NCBI GenBank assembly: GCA_017654855.1
Contig: JAFMPO010000001.1
Location: 310,001 to 374,000 of the forward strand
Length of the DNA: 64,000 bases
Direction of reading: 5' to 3'
Origin: Podospora anserina
Lineage: Eukaryota
Under the pieces are notes generated by a model, which saw only the letters and a list, made by a program, of their open reading frames with translations, did not search any database and had not been told where the DNA came from. Below, one piece after another: positions 44,426 to 57,105 of the stretch. Position numbers and translations under genes: made by a program. The stretch's first letter is position 1; each line of letters starts with the position of its first letter.

Positions 44426-45556
44426 ATGAACCAAATACGCGCCATTCAAGCGCTCAATAAAAAGGAGCTTGAAAACGGGATCCCCCCCTCTGCCTCCTGG
44501 CATACCGACTATCGCGACACAGCCTTCGTCTACTTTGGCGGCCTTCCCTACGAGCTCACCGAAGGCGACGTCATCACCATCTTCAGCCAGTACGGCGAGC
44601 CGACCTTTCTCAAGCTCGTCCGCGATAAGGAAACAGGTAAATCAAAGGGCTTTGGGTGGCTCAAGTACGAAGACCAGCGGAGCACCGACTTGGCGGTGGA
44701 TAACCTGGGGGGCGCGGAGATTGCGGGGAGGCTGATCAGGGTTGATCATGCGCGGTACAAGGCGAGGGACGATGAGGACTTGGAGGAGTGCAAGGTTGGG
44801 TGGGAGGATGTCATGAGGCGGGAGAGGTTGGAGAAGGGCCTGCCGAGTGAGGATGAGGACGGTACGGACGAGGATGAGGACGACAAGCCCAGGAGGGCGA
44901 TGCTCAAGGAGGAGAGGGAATTGCAGCTGCTTATTCAGGATCACGACGATGACGACCCGATGAAGGAATTTTTGATTGAGGAGAAGAAAAAGGAGGTGGA
45001 TGAGGCCCTAAGGAGGGAGAAGAAGAAGGAGGAGAAACATAACCGGAAACACAGGGAGCGTAGAGAGAAGGACAAGGATAGGGAGCATCGCCACCGCTCG
45101 CACAAATCCAAGCGTGACGAGGATGAGCGAGAGGACAGACATCAGGACCGCAGGCAAGAACGCATCGAGGACGACCCAGACCGGAAGCGCCGAAGAGATA
45201 TGTCACCCTCTGGTGGGAACGACAAAGAGAAGGACCGTGATGGTAGGAGGGATGGCCATCGGGACGAAGCACGTCGCATCAGTGACCGGCGTGATAGAGA
45301 CGTCAGACGCGACAGAGATGTCAGGCGCGACAGAGATGACAGGCGGGATAGAGATGACAGGCGGGATAGAGACGACGGGCGTGATCGAGATGACCGGCCC
45401 GACCGAGGCCGAGACAGGGCCGATGAGCGCCGTCCCAAAGACGATCGAGGAGATGGTGATGATCGAAGAAAGGACCGTGACAGGCGTCATCGTGATGATG
45501 ACGACCGCAGACGGCGCAGGAGTCGGAGCAGATCCCCACGCCCGAGTAGAGATTGA
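44426..45556 (+). CDS. IST3: RES-complex RRM splicing factor Snu17/Ist3 (RBMX2) with RD/RS-rich tail
   Basis: SWHTDYRDTAFVYFGGLPYELTEGDVITIFSQYGE...RDKETGKSKGFGWLKYEDQRSTDLAVDNL...IRVDH. Confidence 0.95.
   Translation: MNQIRAIQALNKKELENGIPPSASWHTDYRDTAFVYFGGLPYELTEGDVITIFSQYGEPTFLKLVRDKETGKSKGFGWLKYEDQRSTDLAVDNLGGAEIAGRLIRVDHARYKARDDEDLEECKVGWEDVMRRERLEKGLPSEDEDGTDEDEDDKPRRAMLKEERELQLLIQDHDDDDPMKEFLIEEKKKEVDEALRREKKKEEKHNRKHRERREKDKDREHRHRSHKSKRDEDEREDRHQDRRQERIEDDPDRKRRRDMSPSGGNDKEKDRDGRRDGHRDEARRISDRRDRDVRRDRDVRRDRDDRRDRDDRRDRDDGRDRDDRPDRGRDRADERRPKDDRGDGDDRRKDRDRRHRDDDDRRRRRSRSRSPRPSRD
45283..45396. repeat. Degenerate 18-bp coding repeat (RRDRDD/V) x~6
   Basis: Protein reads DRRDRDVRRDRDVRRDRDDRRDRDDRRDRDDGRDRDDR. 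Confidence 0.8.
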
Positions 45557-45856
45557 ATGGAGCCCTGGATGCTGAAAGGAGACCCAAGTGTGTTGGTCAT
45601 TGAAGAAGTGCAACGAGTTGATAAGATACCCAAGCCATGTTTAATACAAAACTACACATTGAACCAGCCGCTAATGTTTGCTGGAGAATGATGCCATCAA
45701 GTAAAATGCCAAATAAACGCCTGCTGTTGAGCCCAAATTCCTGCCGCTGAAAGCCTGCCCCCTTCCCATAATTCCATGTAAACCATACCCCCTAAACAAG
45801 CAATGCCACCCACACTAACGCCGCGCCAAAAGGTCAATACGTCGAGTAGTCCCCTC

Positions 45857-47278
45857 CTAGTCCGCGAGATATCTCTTCCAGCCCGCCTTTGCTAGAGAAC
45901 GTTTGCCCCCTCCCTCATCCTTGATGATAAACTTTTCCCAACGAGCGTCAGTGCCAGCTCCAACTACCAGCAGCGAAGTGTCGTCAAGCCAACCAATAAC
46001 CCCTTTTGGCAGCCTCATAGTCCCAAGTGTTGAGCTCTCTGTGAGAAGCTGGTTCGCACCAGAGGGTTCATCACCCGCCTCGAAGGGGTGTGTGGCAAAG
46101 GAATAAGCATCCTTGACGAATCGAGGCATTAAAGGGATCTTGGACAAAATCCCCCATTTCCCTTGATCATTCGCTGTTTCCGGCGCCCCGTCCTCACCCT
46201 GGCCACCCAATCTCTTTCCTTTCGGTATGTCGAAGACATGTAGAGTGGACTTGTCCGATGTGCAAGCGAGCATAGTCCCAGATGGGTTGAACGCAAGAGA
46301 AAAGATAGCTGCTGGATCGATTCCTCTCCGAAGTTCAGCTATCTTGGCGCAGGTCCTGGTTGAGAATACTCGAATCAACGTTCCCTATGTTCCAAGTTAG
46401 CAAGCGAACACCGCAGCCAATGCCTTGAAAATTAAAAGCCACTTACGGTCTCGCTAGCAGTTGCTATAAGCTCGCCATCCAGACTCAGCTGAAGGGCTCG
46501 AATGGCCGCTGCGTGGGCCGGGATGATGCTCACGTTTGACGTAGCAATCTCAACCACTTGCACCTGCCCGGCACTTCGGCCTGGGAATGCGATGATTCTG
46601 GATGACATGCGGCAAAGCCCCAGTGGGTTGTTGGCCGTCTCGTAGGCTGTGATGAACGAAGGCGGTTTGGCAAACTTGTATAGCCGGACACTGTTCTGTA
46701 GCACCACGACTATCCGTTCCTTAGACAACTGAGTGCCCCTCACAGGTGTCAACGCGCTGATATCGAGAGCGGACTTGCTCCTACCCTCGTCCCAGAGGAT
46801 CAGCTTGTTGGCAGCAAACTTTGGCTTCCTACCCCCACCGACGATGCCCAGATAGTTAGCCTTGCCCATCATCTGAACCAGCCCAACACCCGCGTTGAAT
46901 TCTGCTCAGGCTCGTAGTCAGTCTTCAAAGGGTCAAGAAACGCACACGCAAGACTGATAAGGAAAGACATACCGCGTGCTGTGGTCTGCGTGCATGTTTC
47001 CGAGCTAAAGACTTGTCATTGTTAGCGCTGTTGCACAAAGTAGCCAAGTCCAATGGTCGAGTTCAGAGGGAGTGCCATCATCTTCTTGTGTTACAGGAGA
47101 GTCGAGAATTGGGTGGAGCACAGTTGATGGGTAGTTCAACGACTCTCAAGACACAGGTAAAGCACTTACTCCGAAACCCTGTATTCAGCCCGACAGCAAA
47201 ACAGCTGCAATCGTCATTAAATGTTATCGAGAGAACCAGTGGAAGGCTGGTTGTCTCGAGAGGCGGTCGAGTATTCAT
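45857..47278 (-). CDS. HSV2: PROPPIN/Atg18-family WD40 protein Hsv2 (SVP1-like protein 2)
   Basis: FNDDCSCFAVG; 39-nt micro-exon 46973-47011; GGGRKPKF, IIPAH, ATASETGTLIRVF, ELRRG phosphoinositide motif and SDKSTLHVF. Confidence 0.92.
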
Positions 47279-48366
47279 GATAGTCCGATTGCCCCGAACC
47301 GATGCCGGGGGGTGGTTGCTGATGAAGGTCGGTGCCGAGCAGGATGAGACAAATATGAGCGGATGCAGTGCCGGTCAAAGCTTGATTACGAAAACGAGAT
47401 AAGAAAAACAAACGGCAACTGACAACGTCGAGATAGATGGATGACGAGGTGTTGTTGTTGCTATCCGTAAACAGGCTGGGCTTGGCGCTTTGAGTGTGTC
47501 AGCTGCACTCCGGCTGCTCCTGAGGTTGTTGGATGAAGGAGTTCCAGAGAGCCACGCCTGGCAGCGGCCACTTATACGATCTTTTAACAGGCGAGGTTGA
47601 CCCAACTCTGTACAAAAGCTTCCTGTTTCATGTCCTGTCCAAGATTCACAACTGGCGGAGAGCTGGAACGCAGAAGTGAGTTTTGCAGTCTCAAAGACAG
47701 TCACCAGCTTCAACTCCAACTGCGCCAACAACGCAATCGCTGATGCTGAGACCATTGAGACAACAGGACTGGGTGAAATCGAGACACGAGGCCTTGCCAG
47801 CCGTCCCCAGCTGTTGCCTGCCTATGAAATGTCCGGGTGGGGAATCTGGAGTCCCGAGGAAGGGGCGCTTCCACCTGGGGATTTGGAGCGCGCCTTTCCC
47901 AGACAGGGCTAGCGCCATGTCATGAACGGCAACCCCTGAGATTTGCGGGCTGGGGCGGCTGGTCATTACTGCTCCTGTGCTGGGTTGACAGCTCTGGCTG
48001 TTAGTGGACGGTGGTTCTCACTCACTGCCAGAGCCAGAAGTGCTCCGTGCTGAAACTCCTGGGCTCCTGCTGCGGTAGCACCCGCAACAATTTTGTGAAA
48101 TTGGCATTTTCCGCCTCGACGCCCATCCCGGCCCTTCTCCTTTTCCCAACCCGAACCGTGATCATCCTCGCCGTCGTCCCATTCCTCGACTCCGACGACG
48201 CTTGTTGATTCTACACAAGCATTCATTCGAGAGTCCGCCTTTTTGGTGCCTGGATACGCCCAATCGTCTATTAATTCTATTCTTGATTGCCTGTTGAACG
48301 CTGTGTCGAAGGTCGGCGCTAGTTTTACCCGTGTTTCCATACAAGTCGCGACTCCACACCAATATC

Positions 48367-50050
48367 ATGTCTTCTCCAGCCGTACGTCTGCCTTTCCCTG
48401 TCCATCCAGCTTCCTCAGTGAAGCCCATAACCCTTCGCATCCTTCGCCCGCAACACAGCTCTCCGCAACCCGCATTTCGCACGTGTGGCAGACCTCAAAA
48501 CACCCGTCTACACCGAACCTGCATAACTTCGCAGCTATGGTTGGAGCTAACAACACGTTGTTTGGCATTGAGCAGAAGATGATCCGCCGAAAGAAGAACG
48601 TCAAGAAGGGTATCCAGTTCTGCCTGATGGTCTGCGGCGCCTCGGGAACTGGTAAGTAAACAAACATCAACTACAAGGCCGTCATGTTTGGCCATGCTCT
48701 TGCGCGCACGTGTGGCTGACTGCGCTGGTGATTCTTCTAGGCCGTACTACCTTTGTCAACACCCTCTGCGGCAAGCCCGTCCTTGGCCACAAGGAATCGG
48801 ATGACCCGTCTACTGCGCACGTCGAGGATGGCGTCAAGATCAAGCCCGTCACCGTCGGTATGCAACCCCCTTTAGGACGAGAACCTGAGGCACGGATAAG
48901 CCAGCATCTAACAGTGGATAGAGCTTGAGTTGGATGAGGAGGGAACGCGTATTTCTCTGACCATCGTCGACACACCGGGCTTTGGCGACCAGATTGACAA
49001 TGAGGCCAGGTAGGTGCTCCAAAGCCCGTGGCAGACAAGACAAGACCGCGTGCTAACTGGTTGGGTACAAACAGCTTTGCCGAGATCGTTGGGTACTTGG
49101 AGAGGCAATACGATGACATTCTTGCGGAGGAGTCGCGTATCAAGCGTAATCCCCGTTTCAGAGACAACCGCATCCACGCCATGCTTTACTTCATCACCCC
49201 GACCGGCCATGGGTAATTTATCCTCTGCTCCCAACTTGGGCCTCAATACCCTGCTAACATACGCGCTAGCCTCCGCGAGCTTGATATCGAGCTCATGAAG
49301 CGCCTTGCCCCCAGGGTCAACGTCATCCCCGTTATTGGCCGGGCCGACTCGCTTACTCCCGCCGAACTCGCAGAGACGAAGAAGCTTGTGATGGAGGATA
49401 TCGAACACTACCGCATTCCCGTTTACAACTTTCCTTACGATATTGAGGAGGACGATGAGGACACAGTGGAGGAGAACGCCGAGCTCAGAGGTCTTATGCC
49501 ATTCGCTATTGTCGGATCGGAAGACATCATCGAGATCGGAGGTCGCCAAGTTCGCGCCCGCCAGTACCCTTGGGGTGTCGTCGAGGTTGACAACCCGCGT
49601 CACTCCGATTTCTTGGCTATCCGGTCCGCGCTTCTCCACAGCCACCTTGCTGACTTGAAGGAAATCACCCACGATTTCCTCTACGAAAACTACCGTACCG
49701 AGAAGCTCAGCAAGAGCGTCGAGGGTGGTGCTGGGGTGTAAGTTAATGCGTATGCTTTTGTGGTGAGATACATACTAATCAGCTGCAGCGACTCTTCCAT
49801 GAACCCTGAGGACCTTGCGTCACAGTCTGTTCGCCTCAAGGAGGAACAGCTGCGCCGTGAGGAGGAGAAGCTCCGCGAAATCGAGGTCAAGGTTCAACGC
49901 GAGATCAACGAGAAGCGCCAGGAGCTCCTGGCCCGCGAATCCCAGCTCCGCGAGATCGAGGCCCGGATGCAGCGCGAGGCTGCCGCTGCGGCTGCTGCCC
50001 AACAAGGGACTCCTTCCAACCACTCGGAGCCCAATGGCAACCCAGAGTAA
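48367..50050 (+). CDS. CDC11: Septin, Cdc11/AspA class
   Basis: 15-nt first coding exon MSSPA spliced to KMIRRKKNVKKGIQFCLMVCGASGTGRTTFVNTL; DTPGFGD, VIGRAD, RQYPWG and a C-terminal coiled coil. Confidence 0.95.
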
Positions 50051-50778
50051 ACCCCATGATGGTATCAGGTTATCGAAGTTCCACGGCTGTCATACCGATA
50101 TGGCGAAACTTCGAAACTTTCTAGGCGACCTGATCTTTCTGTGCAGGCGTTGGTTCTTCTGTTGTGTTTAGAGACAAAATATTCCCCCCCCCGCTGCTTC
50201 TGCAATTTTTTTTTTTTACCAAGACGATACTAGCCCCAGCTCAAGGCCATGAATGTGACGAGAAACAGAGGACGATGGAGCACGCCCGCAATGGCAGTGA
50301 CGAAGAGCGACTGGAAAAGAGGTGCGTGATAGGCTGGCGGAAAGGGCACAGGGTTCACGCGGAAGTCATCAAGGGAAGGCATAGATGGTGTCGGCTGGAT
50401 ATCAGGTTAGGTGACGAAGTCAAAATTTGGTAGTTCTCTTTTTGGTTCCAGCCGACGCCATAACCAGGGGGTGAGGCAACGGAAGCATGGACCCCGTAAT
50501 GCAGAGGAGGGAGGGCTCTTTGGGAGGTGGCCAGGCTGTTGTTCTTTCCGTCACGTCTGTCAGCATCAGCTTGCTGGTTATACCCTGAGTCGGCCACTTA
50601 CTATCTGACTCGCTTTATTTTCCTTTTTTTCTACTATTGGACTTCTAATGCAGATATCACCTAAATTAAGTTTTCATCTCGACGATTTGTACTCTCTTAA
50701 CAACGTTGACTATCCACCCCTCTTCGCTGTGTGTGATTTACAAATACGAGAAAACCAATGCCCAATCCGCCAAACACC

Positions 50779-51835
50779 TCAACCTCTCCACCTCCGCAAG
50801 CGGCTTTCAACTACAGGCAGCTGAGCCCCGAGAACGGCCAAGCGATCAGCCGCATCGTTCCCCGGGTCCCCCGAATGTCCCGCCACCTTGGTAAACTTTG
50901 TCCTCGCCCCGACGGCATCCCTCTCGTCAATCAGAGCCCGAATAGGCTTGATGATATCGTCGTTCTTAACCGCCGCGCCCTTAGCCGACAGCCACCCGTT
51001 TCTGACCCATCCCCGATACCACTTTGTCACGCAGTCGATGGAGTATTGACTGTCTGTTCTGATCTCCACCGACTCGGCGGGGTCAAAAGCCTGAAGCGCG
51101 AGGAGGATGGCCATGAGCTCGGCGCGCTGGTTGGTTTGCAAGGGGCCCGGGAGGCGTTTGGAGATGTTCCTGGGGTCGCCGGCGCCGAAGTAGACTCCTA
51201 TCCCGGCTGCGGCGTGCCTTTTGCCGTTGCCGGGGGCGGCGCCGTCGGTGTAGACTACGATCAGTTCGTTTGGGTCGGGGTTGGGTCTGGCTCTTTTGGC
51301 GGGGGGCTCTCTGGTGGCGGTTGAGGTTGGGGGGACTGGGTTCTTTTTGGGGAGGACGATGTTGTTGGTGACGGTGTTTATGATGGGATAGCGAGGGAAT
51401 GCTGGTGGTGGTGCTGGTGGTGATGGGGAGTTGTCGCGGGCCGGAGCAGGATCATTGCGGTTGGTTCGACCAGGATAGCTGGTTTGAGGCGAGGACTGAT
51501 CAGAGCCACGTCGGATGAGATAGGTGGTTTGTGGTGTTGGGTGATCAGGTCCCTGTCGGAAAGGTTGGCGAGTACTGCTGCTGCTAGCCTGCTGGTTTGT
51601 CGTGTTTGAAGAAGAGCGGCCCGCGTTGAACCAATCCTGTGCTTCCTTGCGGGTGGGAAAGCTTTTGTCTATGAAGGTCAGTCAGTGCAAGGTATGCATC
51701 ATGAAGGAAGAGAATCTCACGAATTGCGCCGCCAAAGCCAATGACTTGGTCACTGGCCTCATCCCAGCTGGTGTAAACACCGGGCTTTTTGCCGACGCGA
51801 ACAGCATAAAACTTTGGTCCCCCCTTTCTCGCCAT
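50779..51835 (-). CDS. RNH1: Ribonuclease H1 (hybrid-binding domain plus RNase H domain)
   Basis: FYAVRVGKKPGVYTSW; one intron; an open Pro-rich linker lacking start codons (so the ORF track misses it); VYTDGA, TNQRAEL, TDSQY and GHSGDPGNDAADRLA. Confidence 0.93.
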
Positions 51836-52446
51836 CTGCCAAAGCCTCCAGAAAAAAGAGCGGCGTGCCAGGGTGATTTGTCGCGGATGGCGACGAAGGT
51901 CGGCAAGATATACTAAAGTGCAACAACTAACGGACAAGGAATCAACGGCGACTTCCTTCGCGTGTGGCTTGGCGCGTCTTTCAGCTCTTAGTTTCAGCGA
52001 CCAGAAGGTGTGGTGTGAATAGAAACCTCGCGGAGGCAAATCTGAAATAAATTGATCGAGTTTAGTGGGGTTGGTGGAAGCTGATGCTTTGCCGGGCCCA
52101 AAGAAACGATTTCCTCAACACATTCTACGCTATAGCAAACTGCCTACATCAATCACATTTTAAAAGATCATTCGAAACCAAACACTGTAGACGAAGCAAG
52201 CCCTTAGTCATAACGGACCGTCCATTTATTAACTCCTGCCGAAACCAAGAATAGTAATCCCATCAGGTCGAGTCATCCCAAGCCAAAAACAAAAAACAAA
52301 GAGGGAAGCAAACATCAATAATACAAAACGACCTCCGCCCTGTCATACCACGCTCGTCTCTTGATCCCATATCGTACCTTATCGTCCGTCATTCTGAACC
52401 TTCCTTCGCCCATTCACCACGACCACTTCTTTAACCGCCGCCAAAC

Positions 52447-53342
52447 TTAGTTATTGTTCTGGCTGTTCAGAATCCGCAAAATGGCCAAGAACAGGTTGAT
52501 AATGTCAAGATACAAACTCAAAGCGGCAGCGATCTCCTCCTCGACATGGTGCTTCCTCATAACGAGCTGTGTGTCCACGAGGATGTAGCCGCTGAAGATC
52601 AACGCGGCCAACAGACCGTAGATGAGCTCAGTGGTGCTGGTGTGAGGAAGGAAGAAGGACATAAACCCGAAGAGGACCAAGCCCCAAAGAGCGCCAAAGA
52701 GATATGGCATCCATGAAGTGAAGTCGTACTTGGACTGACAAGCGAAGGCCGTCAAGAAGATGAAGATGCCGCCGGTGAGCACGACTGCGTTGAGTACGAT
52801 AGAAGAGTCGTAGAAAGAGACAATGACGGAGATGGTGTAGGCTTCAAGAAGTGTGAAGCCGGAGAGGAAGAGCAGATTGGTAGGATATGAGTGACGTTTC
52901 CAGTAGGTGAGGATCATGAAACCCATGGAGCCGAAGAGAGATAGCCAGAGAACGGTGGGGTTGTTCTGAATCCAATTTCTGTAGCCATCGCTCATGAAGC
53001 TTAGGGAGCTCACGAGGGTTGTTGCGAGTATTTGGACAGTAAGAATGGTGTAGACTTTGCGGATGAACTGGTTGCGGATCTCGAGGGTAGCTTCGGCAAC
53101 GGAACCTCCGAACTAGAGAAGCGCTGTTAGGTCAAGCTGTTGATACAGAGTAAGCGCAGGAGTATGCCCACCTTGAAGTCATCGGGGATGTTGTCTTCGC
53201 TGCTGCGAGGGGCGCCGCCAAAGAGGGCGGCATTGTCTTGCGCCGAGCTGCTCTCAGCCTGGTACGACGGAGGCGGCTGCGTGTAGAGGTGCGCATCGGG
53301 ATCTTCCTGCGCAGCAGGCGTATACTTGGCTGTGCTCGCCAT
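52447..53342 (-). CDS. BXI1: Bax inhibitor-1 family (TMBIM4/Bxi1) membrane protein
   Basis: DNIPDDFK|FGGSVAEATLEIRNQFIRKVYTIL...YPTNLLFL...DTQ...ALSLYLDIINLFLAILRIL; one intron. Confidence 0.93.
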
Positions 53343-54226
53343 TGTGCCTGTTATCAACGTCGGATCAAACTGGTGGTGACCGTTGCGTATAGTTGGCTGT
53401 AGATGTTCAAGCGCAAAAACGTTGCCTATTTGTAGGCAATCGGTGTAATACAGTTGGATGAATGACGATGGCAGCCTTTCACGGAGGATGACCCGAGAGA
53501 GTGGGGAATGCGCTAGGTAATCAGTGGCGGAGCTGCTGCAGGTAAAGACCAGGTGGATGCCGGAAGGTTCCATTAGCCTGGGGAAGCTCGCCTATTTACA
53601 TAGATCTGACTGCAGCCAAGGCCGTTTTGGTCCCAAGACCTGCAATAACATTGTATTTCTCTCTCGAAGAAAATAGATAAGCCTCTCTGGAGGTGTGATA
53701 CCGAGTTCGGAACTGTGACAGTGCACTATATGTCTTTTGAAGAGTCATCGGAGTCACTCGGAAAGGGGAGCGCGCAGTTGGGCAAAAGCCCGCCGCAAAG
53801 ACTATGCAACAAAAGGGTGTAGCGGGGGAGCAGGGGTTAGGGTTCAACGAGACAAAGATGTCCACCGCCCGAACCCCCTGCAGCCAGGGTCCACTGGCTG
53901 GACTGGCTTGCAACTCTGTCTGACATTGGGCAAACGCCGCCAGTCGCGTCTCCCAACGACGTCCGCGAATGTTTCGGGGAATTTACGGCCCGCATTTGAG
54001 CTCTCCTGAAGTCAACACCTGCTGGAGGGGAGCGTTTTCAGGGCGACCAGCAAACGGAACGATCAATCGACATAGCGGCGCCGGCGGACGGTTATCGAGT
54101 GTCTTGCCTTGCGACCTTTAACTTCGAGCCCAAACACCACGAATCCCTGAACACGCAAATGCGACTCCAGCGACGACAACATCCCATTCAAGCAACACGG
54201 TGAGCTCGTCCTGAACAGGCGCAGCC

Positions 54227-56046
54227 ATGGCCGGGAATACAAACCGGTACTCGTCTTACACGACAGCCTCTGTTGGGTCAGGATCAGATGGCAAGAATGG
54301 CGAGAAGGCGGAGAAGAAGGATCTCTGGAGCTCCATGCTGGACGGGGTAGCCAGCGCAAAGCGACTGCCAGAAAAGAATATTATTTTACTAGGAGGTACT
54401 GTCGACTCCCAGCGAGAGTTCTTCGAATCCCTCTCCAACAACGAGCTACGCCGAACCCTTGATCGAAACGCATCTCGAATGCCCCCAGTCGCAAACAGCT
54501 TTGCACTGGGGTATACCTACTACGACGTTCTTGATGCCGACCAGGAAGACACCTTGGCTCGCATATCTCTGTACACTCTTACAAACCCCTCGCCGAGCTT
54601 CGCGTCTCTTCTCAAGCCGCTTCTGACGCCTCAGACGATACCCAATACCCTGATTGTAATATTACTGGATTGGTCTCAGCCGTGGAAATGGATGCGCCAG
54701 TTGCGGGAGTGGATTTTGTTACTCAGGACTGTTCTGATCTCGTTAAGCCATGAGTGTATGGCAACAATGGAGGAAGTGATGTTGTCGTGGCGCGACCGCG
54801 GTAGGGGTGGCGGGACCAACCTCGACGGCACAACGGCCTTGCCAGTCGCGGATGATGGTGTTGCTTTACCCCCAGGTCCTGGCGAGTGGGAGGACGCACT
54901 GGGTATCCCACTATGCGTTGTCGCTCAAAATGTAACATCCCATGGAATCGCCTCCTTTTTCGCAGTAGCTAACCTCAGCCTCGGTAGGCCGAAAAAATGG
55001 AATACCTTGAAAAAACACAAAGTTGGAAGGAGGAGGAGTTTGATGTTGTGTTACAGTTCATGCGGACAGTATTGCTTAGGCGTATGCTGCCCTTATTTTT
55101 CAGAGAAAACAATCGTCACAATGCTAATGTGGTTCCGCAGATGGCGCTTCTCTGATTTACACCACCCCCTCTTTACCCTCGCAACTCCCAAGCTTGATTC
55201 ACTCAAGCCTTGGCATCCACTCACTTCTGAAGAAGCAACCACTAAAGCACAATGTCATCGACAGGGACAAGATTGTAGTCCCTCCCAACTGGGACTCGTG
55301 GGGTAAGATCCGTGTACTACGAGAAGGTTTCGACGTGGAACGTGTCAGCAATGCCTGGACCGCCGATCTCGATCAGCCATTCCCACATCCTCAATCAAAC
55401 GGCAACACGTCAAATGGCGAGCCCAATGGCGAAAGCGGTGAAGCTGTTCACGACCAGGAAGAAGAGGACGACGACGACCCCCAGGGCTCGACAGTCAGGC
55501 TATACGAGCTGTCGGTGCAGGATCCCACAATGGACGCCCTCCAGCTGGCGGGGCGCGACACTCACTCGACCGAGCTTGAAGTAAAGAGCGAGGACACCCA
55601 AGCCTTCCTCGGCAAACAGCTCAAGCAGCTCGAGACCTTCAAGAAACAGCACGACGAGACCTTTGGTCAAGACTTTGGCAGCTCCAGAAATAAACCCTTC
55701 AAGAAGATTGAGGAGGATGAGGGGGCGCTGGACCCGTATACTCGGCCGACAGAAGCCAAAGTGTTGGAGCATATTGGCCCGGTGCAATTCAACATGGGCG
55801 GTATCCAAGTAGACGCGGATGACATGGTTCAGAGGCTCAAGGTGAGCACCCCGGTGAAAATTTTGAACTCTAATCATACCACAGGAGACTAACATTTGTG
55901 TCCAGGACCGTCAAGCATACGGCACCTCCGAGCCAGGCAGCCCAACAGACGAGGTGGGCGCCGAAGCAAACGCCCAAATGGATACCGAAAACCTGCAGGC
56001 CTTCTTCCAAGGCCTGATGAACAGGAAGAGCGGCACAGGCAAATGA
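54227..56046 (+). CDS. Cytoplasmic dynein light intermediate chain
   Basis: LWSSML, ILLDWSQPW, LGIPLCVV, QFMRTVLLRHGASLIYT, VVPPNWDSWGKI and C-terminal LQAFFQGLM; three introns; stop TGA at 56044-56046. Confidence 0.93.
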
Positions 56047-57105
56047 TCCTTTTGCCGATTTGCCAGCTACATACAGTACTAATAACATTCGCATTCCTAC
56101 ATGACAACAACAAACACTCAAGGGGTCAGCCTCTTTTTTCTTCACTTCTTTTCCCATTCATTGTGCGTCGTTGTTAGAAATGGTCGTGTACATGTCTATC
56201 TAGCTCCGGTTAAGAGAGGGAGGGAAGGGGGGGGTGATATGGATTATGTCACCCCTTGTTTTGGAACAAGAAGATTTAGATACCCCCTGTTTTCGATATG
56301 GACAGAATACCTCTGTCGAGATATATTCGTGACTGATGTTTTGAGCCGGAAGCATTGGCCGTCTGTCTGTTCAAAGCATTGCGGTCCCCCCGGTCATGAA
56401 TGGGTTTTTATTTTCACCAAAAAGATGCGCTTCATGGTAGTTCATCGAGTGTGTCTGACGGAGATGGGGGCCTCCCACACAGAGGAGTAGAGGAGAACGC
56501 TGTCTTATTTGGTGTCAGGGTCTCAACATATCTCTAATAGGTCCTGAATGATAGGTGATGGTTCTTTCACAGGTGCTTGAGCATTGTATGGCGATAACCG
56601 AGAGGCCTAGAGCTATCATTTGCCGCACAGTGTTGGGATCATGTCTGCACATGTAGAGAGAATGCTCCATGTTGGCCCTCTGATGCTCCAACCTCACCTG
56701 CGTAGACCTGCAAAGCCAGGCACATGCTTTATGTCATGATATTAGGGCCTCTTCAGCAGTTCTCGGCATAAGAATCTCTGTTTCGACACCTGACCACAGC
56801 ATGAAAAAGCGAAACACTCAAAACAGCCATCGTGAGTTAAGGAGAAAACACCAAATCCAGCATCTACACGTACCACTTAATTCAACACTCATGCTACTAC
56901 TAAACACATGCCAACTATAAATACATGACCGCTTTGATACAAGAGTCCCGACACACTCAAAAGCTACCTTCCCATGCGTTTCATTCGCCCACTGCTCAAG
57001 CGTGCCAGTTCCCGATTCATATATCCCTAATCAGGTCCTGGACCGTCGATATATAACCATGTCTGCCTCTTACGACTTCAACTTGGCAGGCATCGCCAGG
57101 CATGA

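Noticed and set aside
48908..49672. 254-aa antisense ORF over the septin, plus similar antisense ORFs over the SDR, CE12 and CAP genes
   Set aside because: These are shadow ORFs caused by biased codon usage in the real gene on the other strand.
50779..51835. RNase H domain as a retrotransposon relic
   Set aside because: It has the N-terminal hybrid-binding domain and an intron of cellular RNase H1, with no adjacent RT or integrase.
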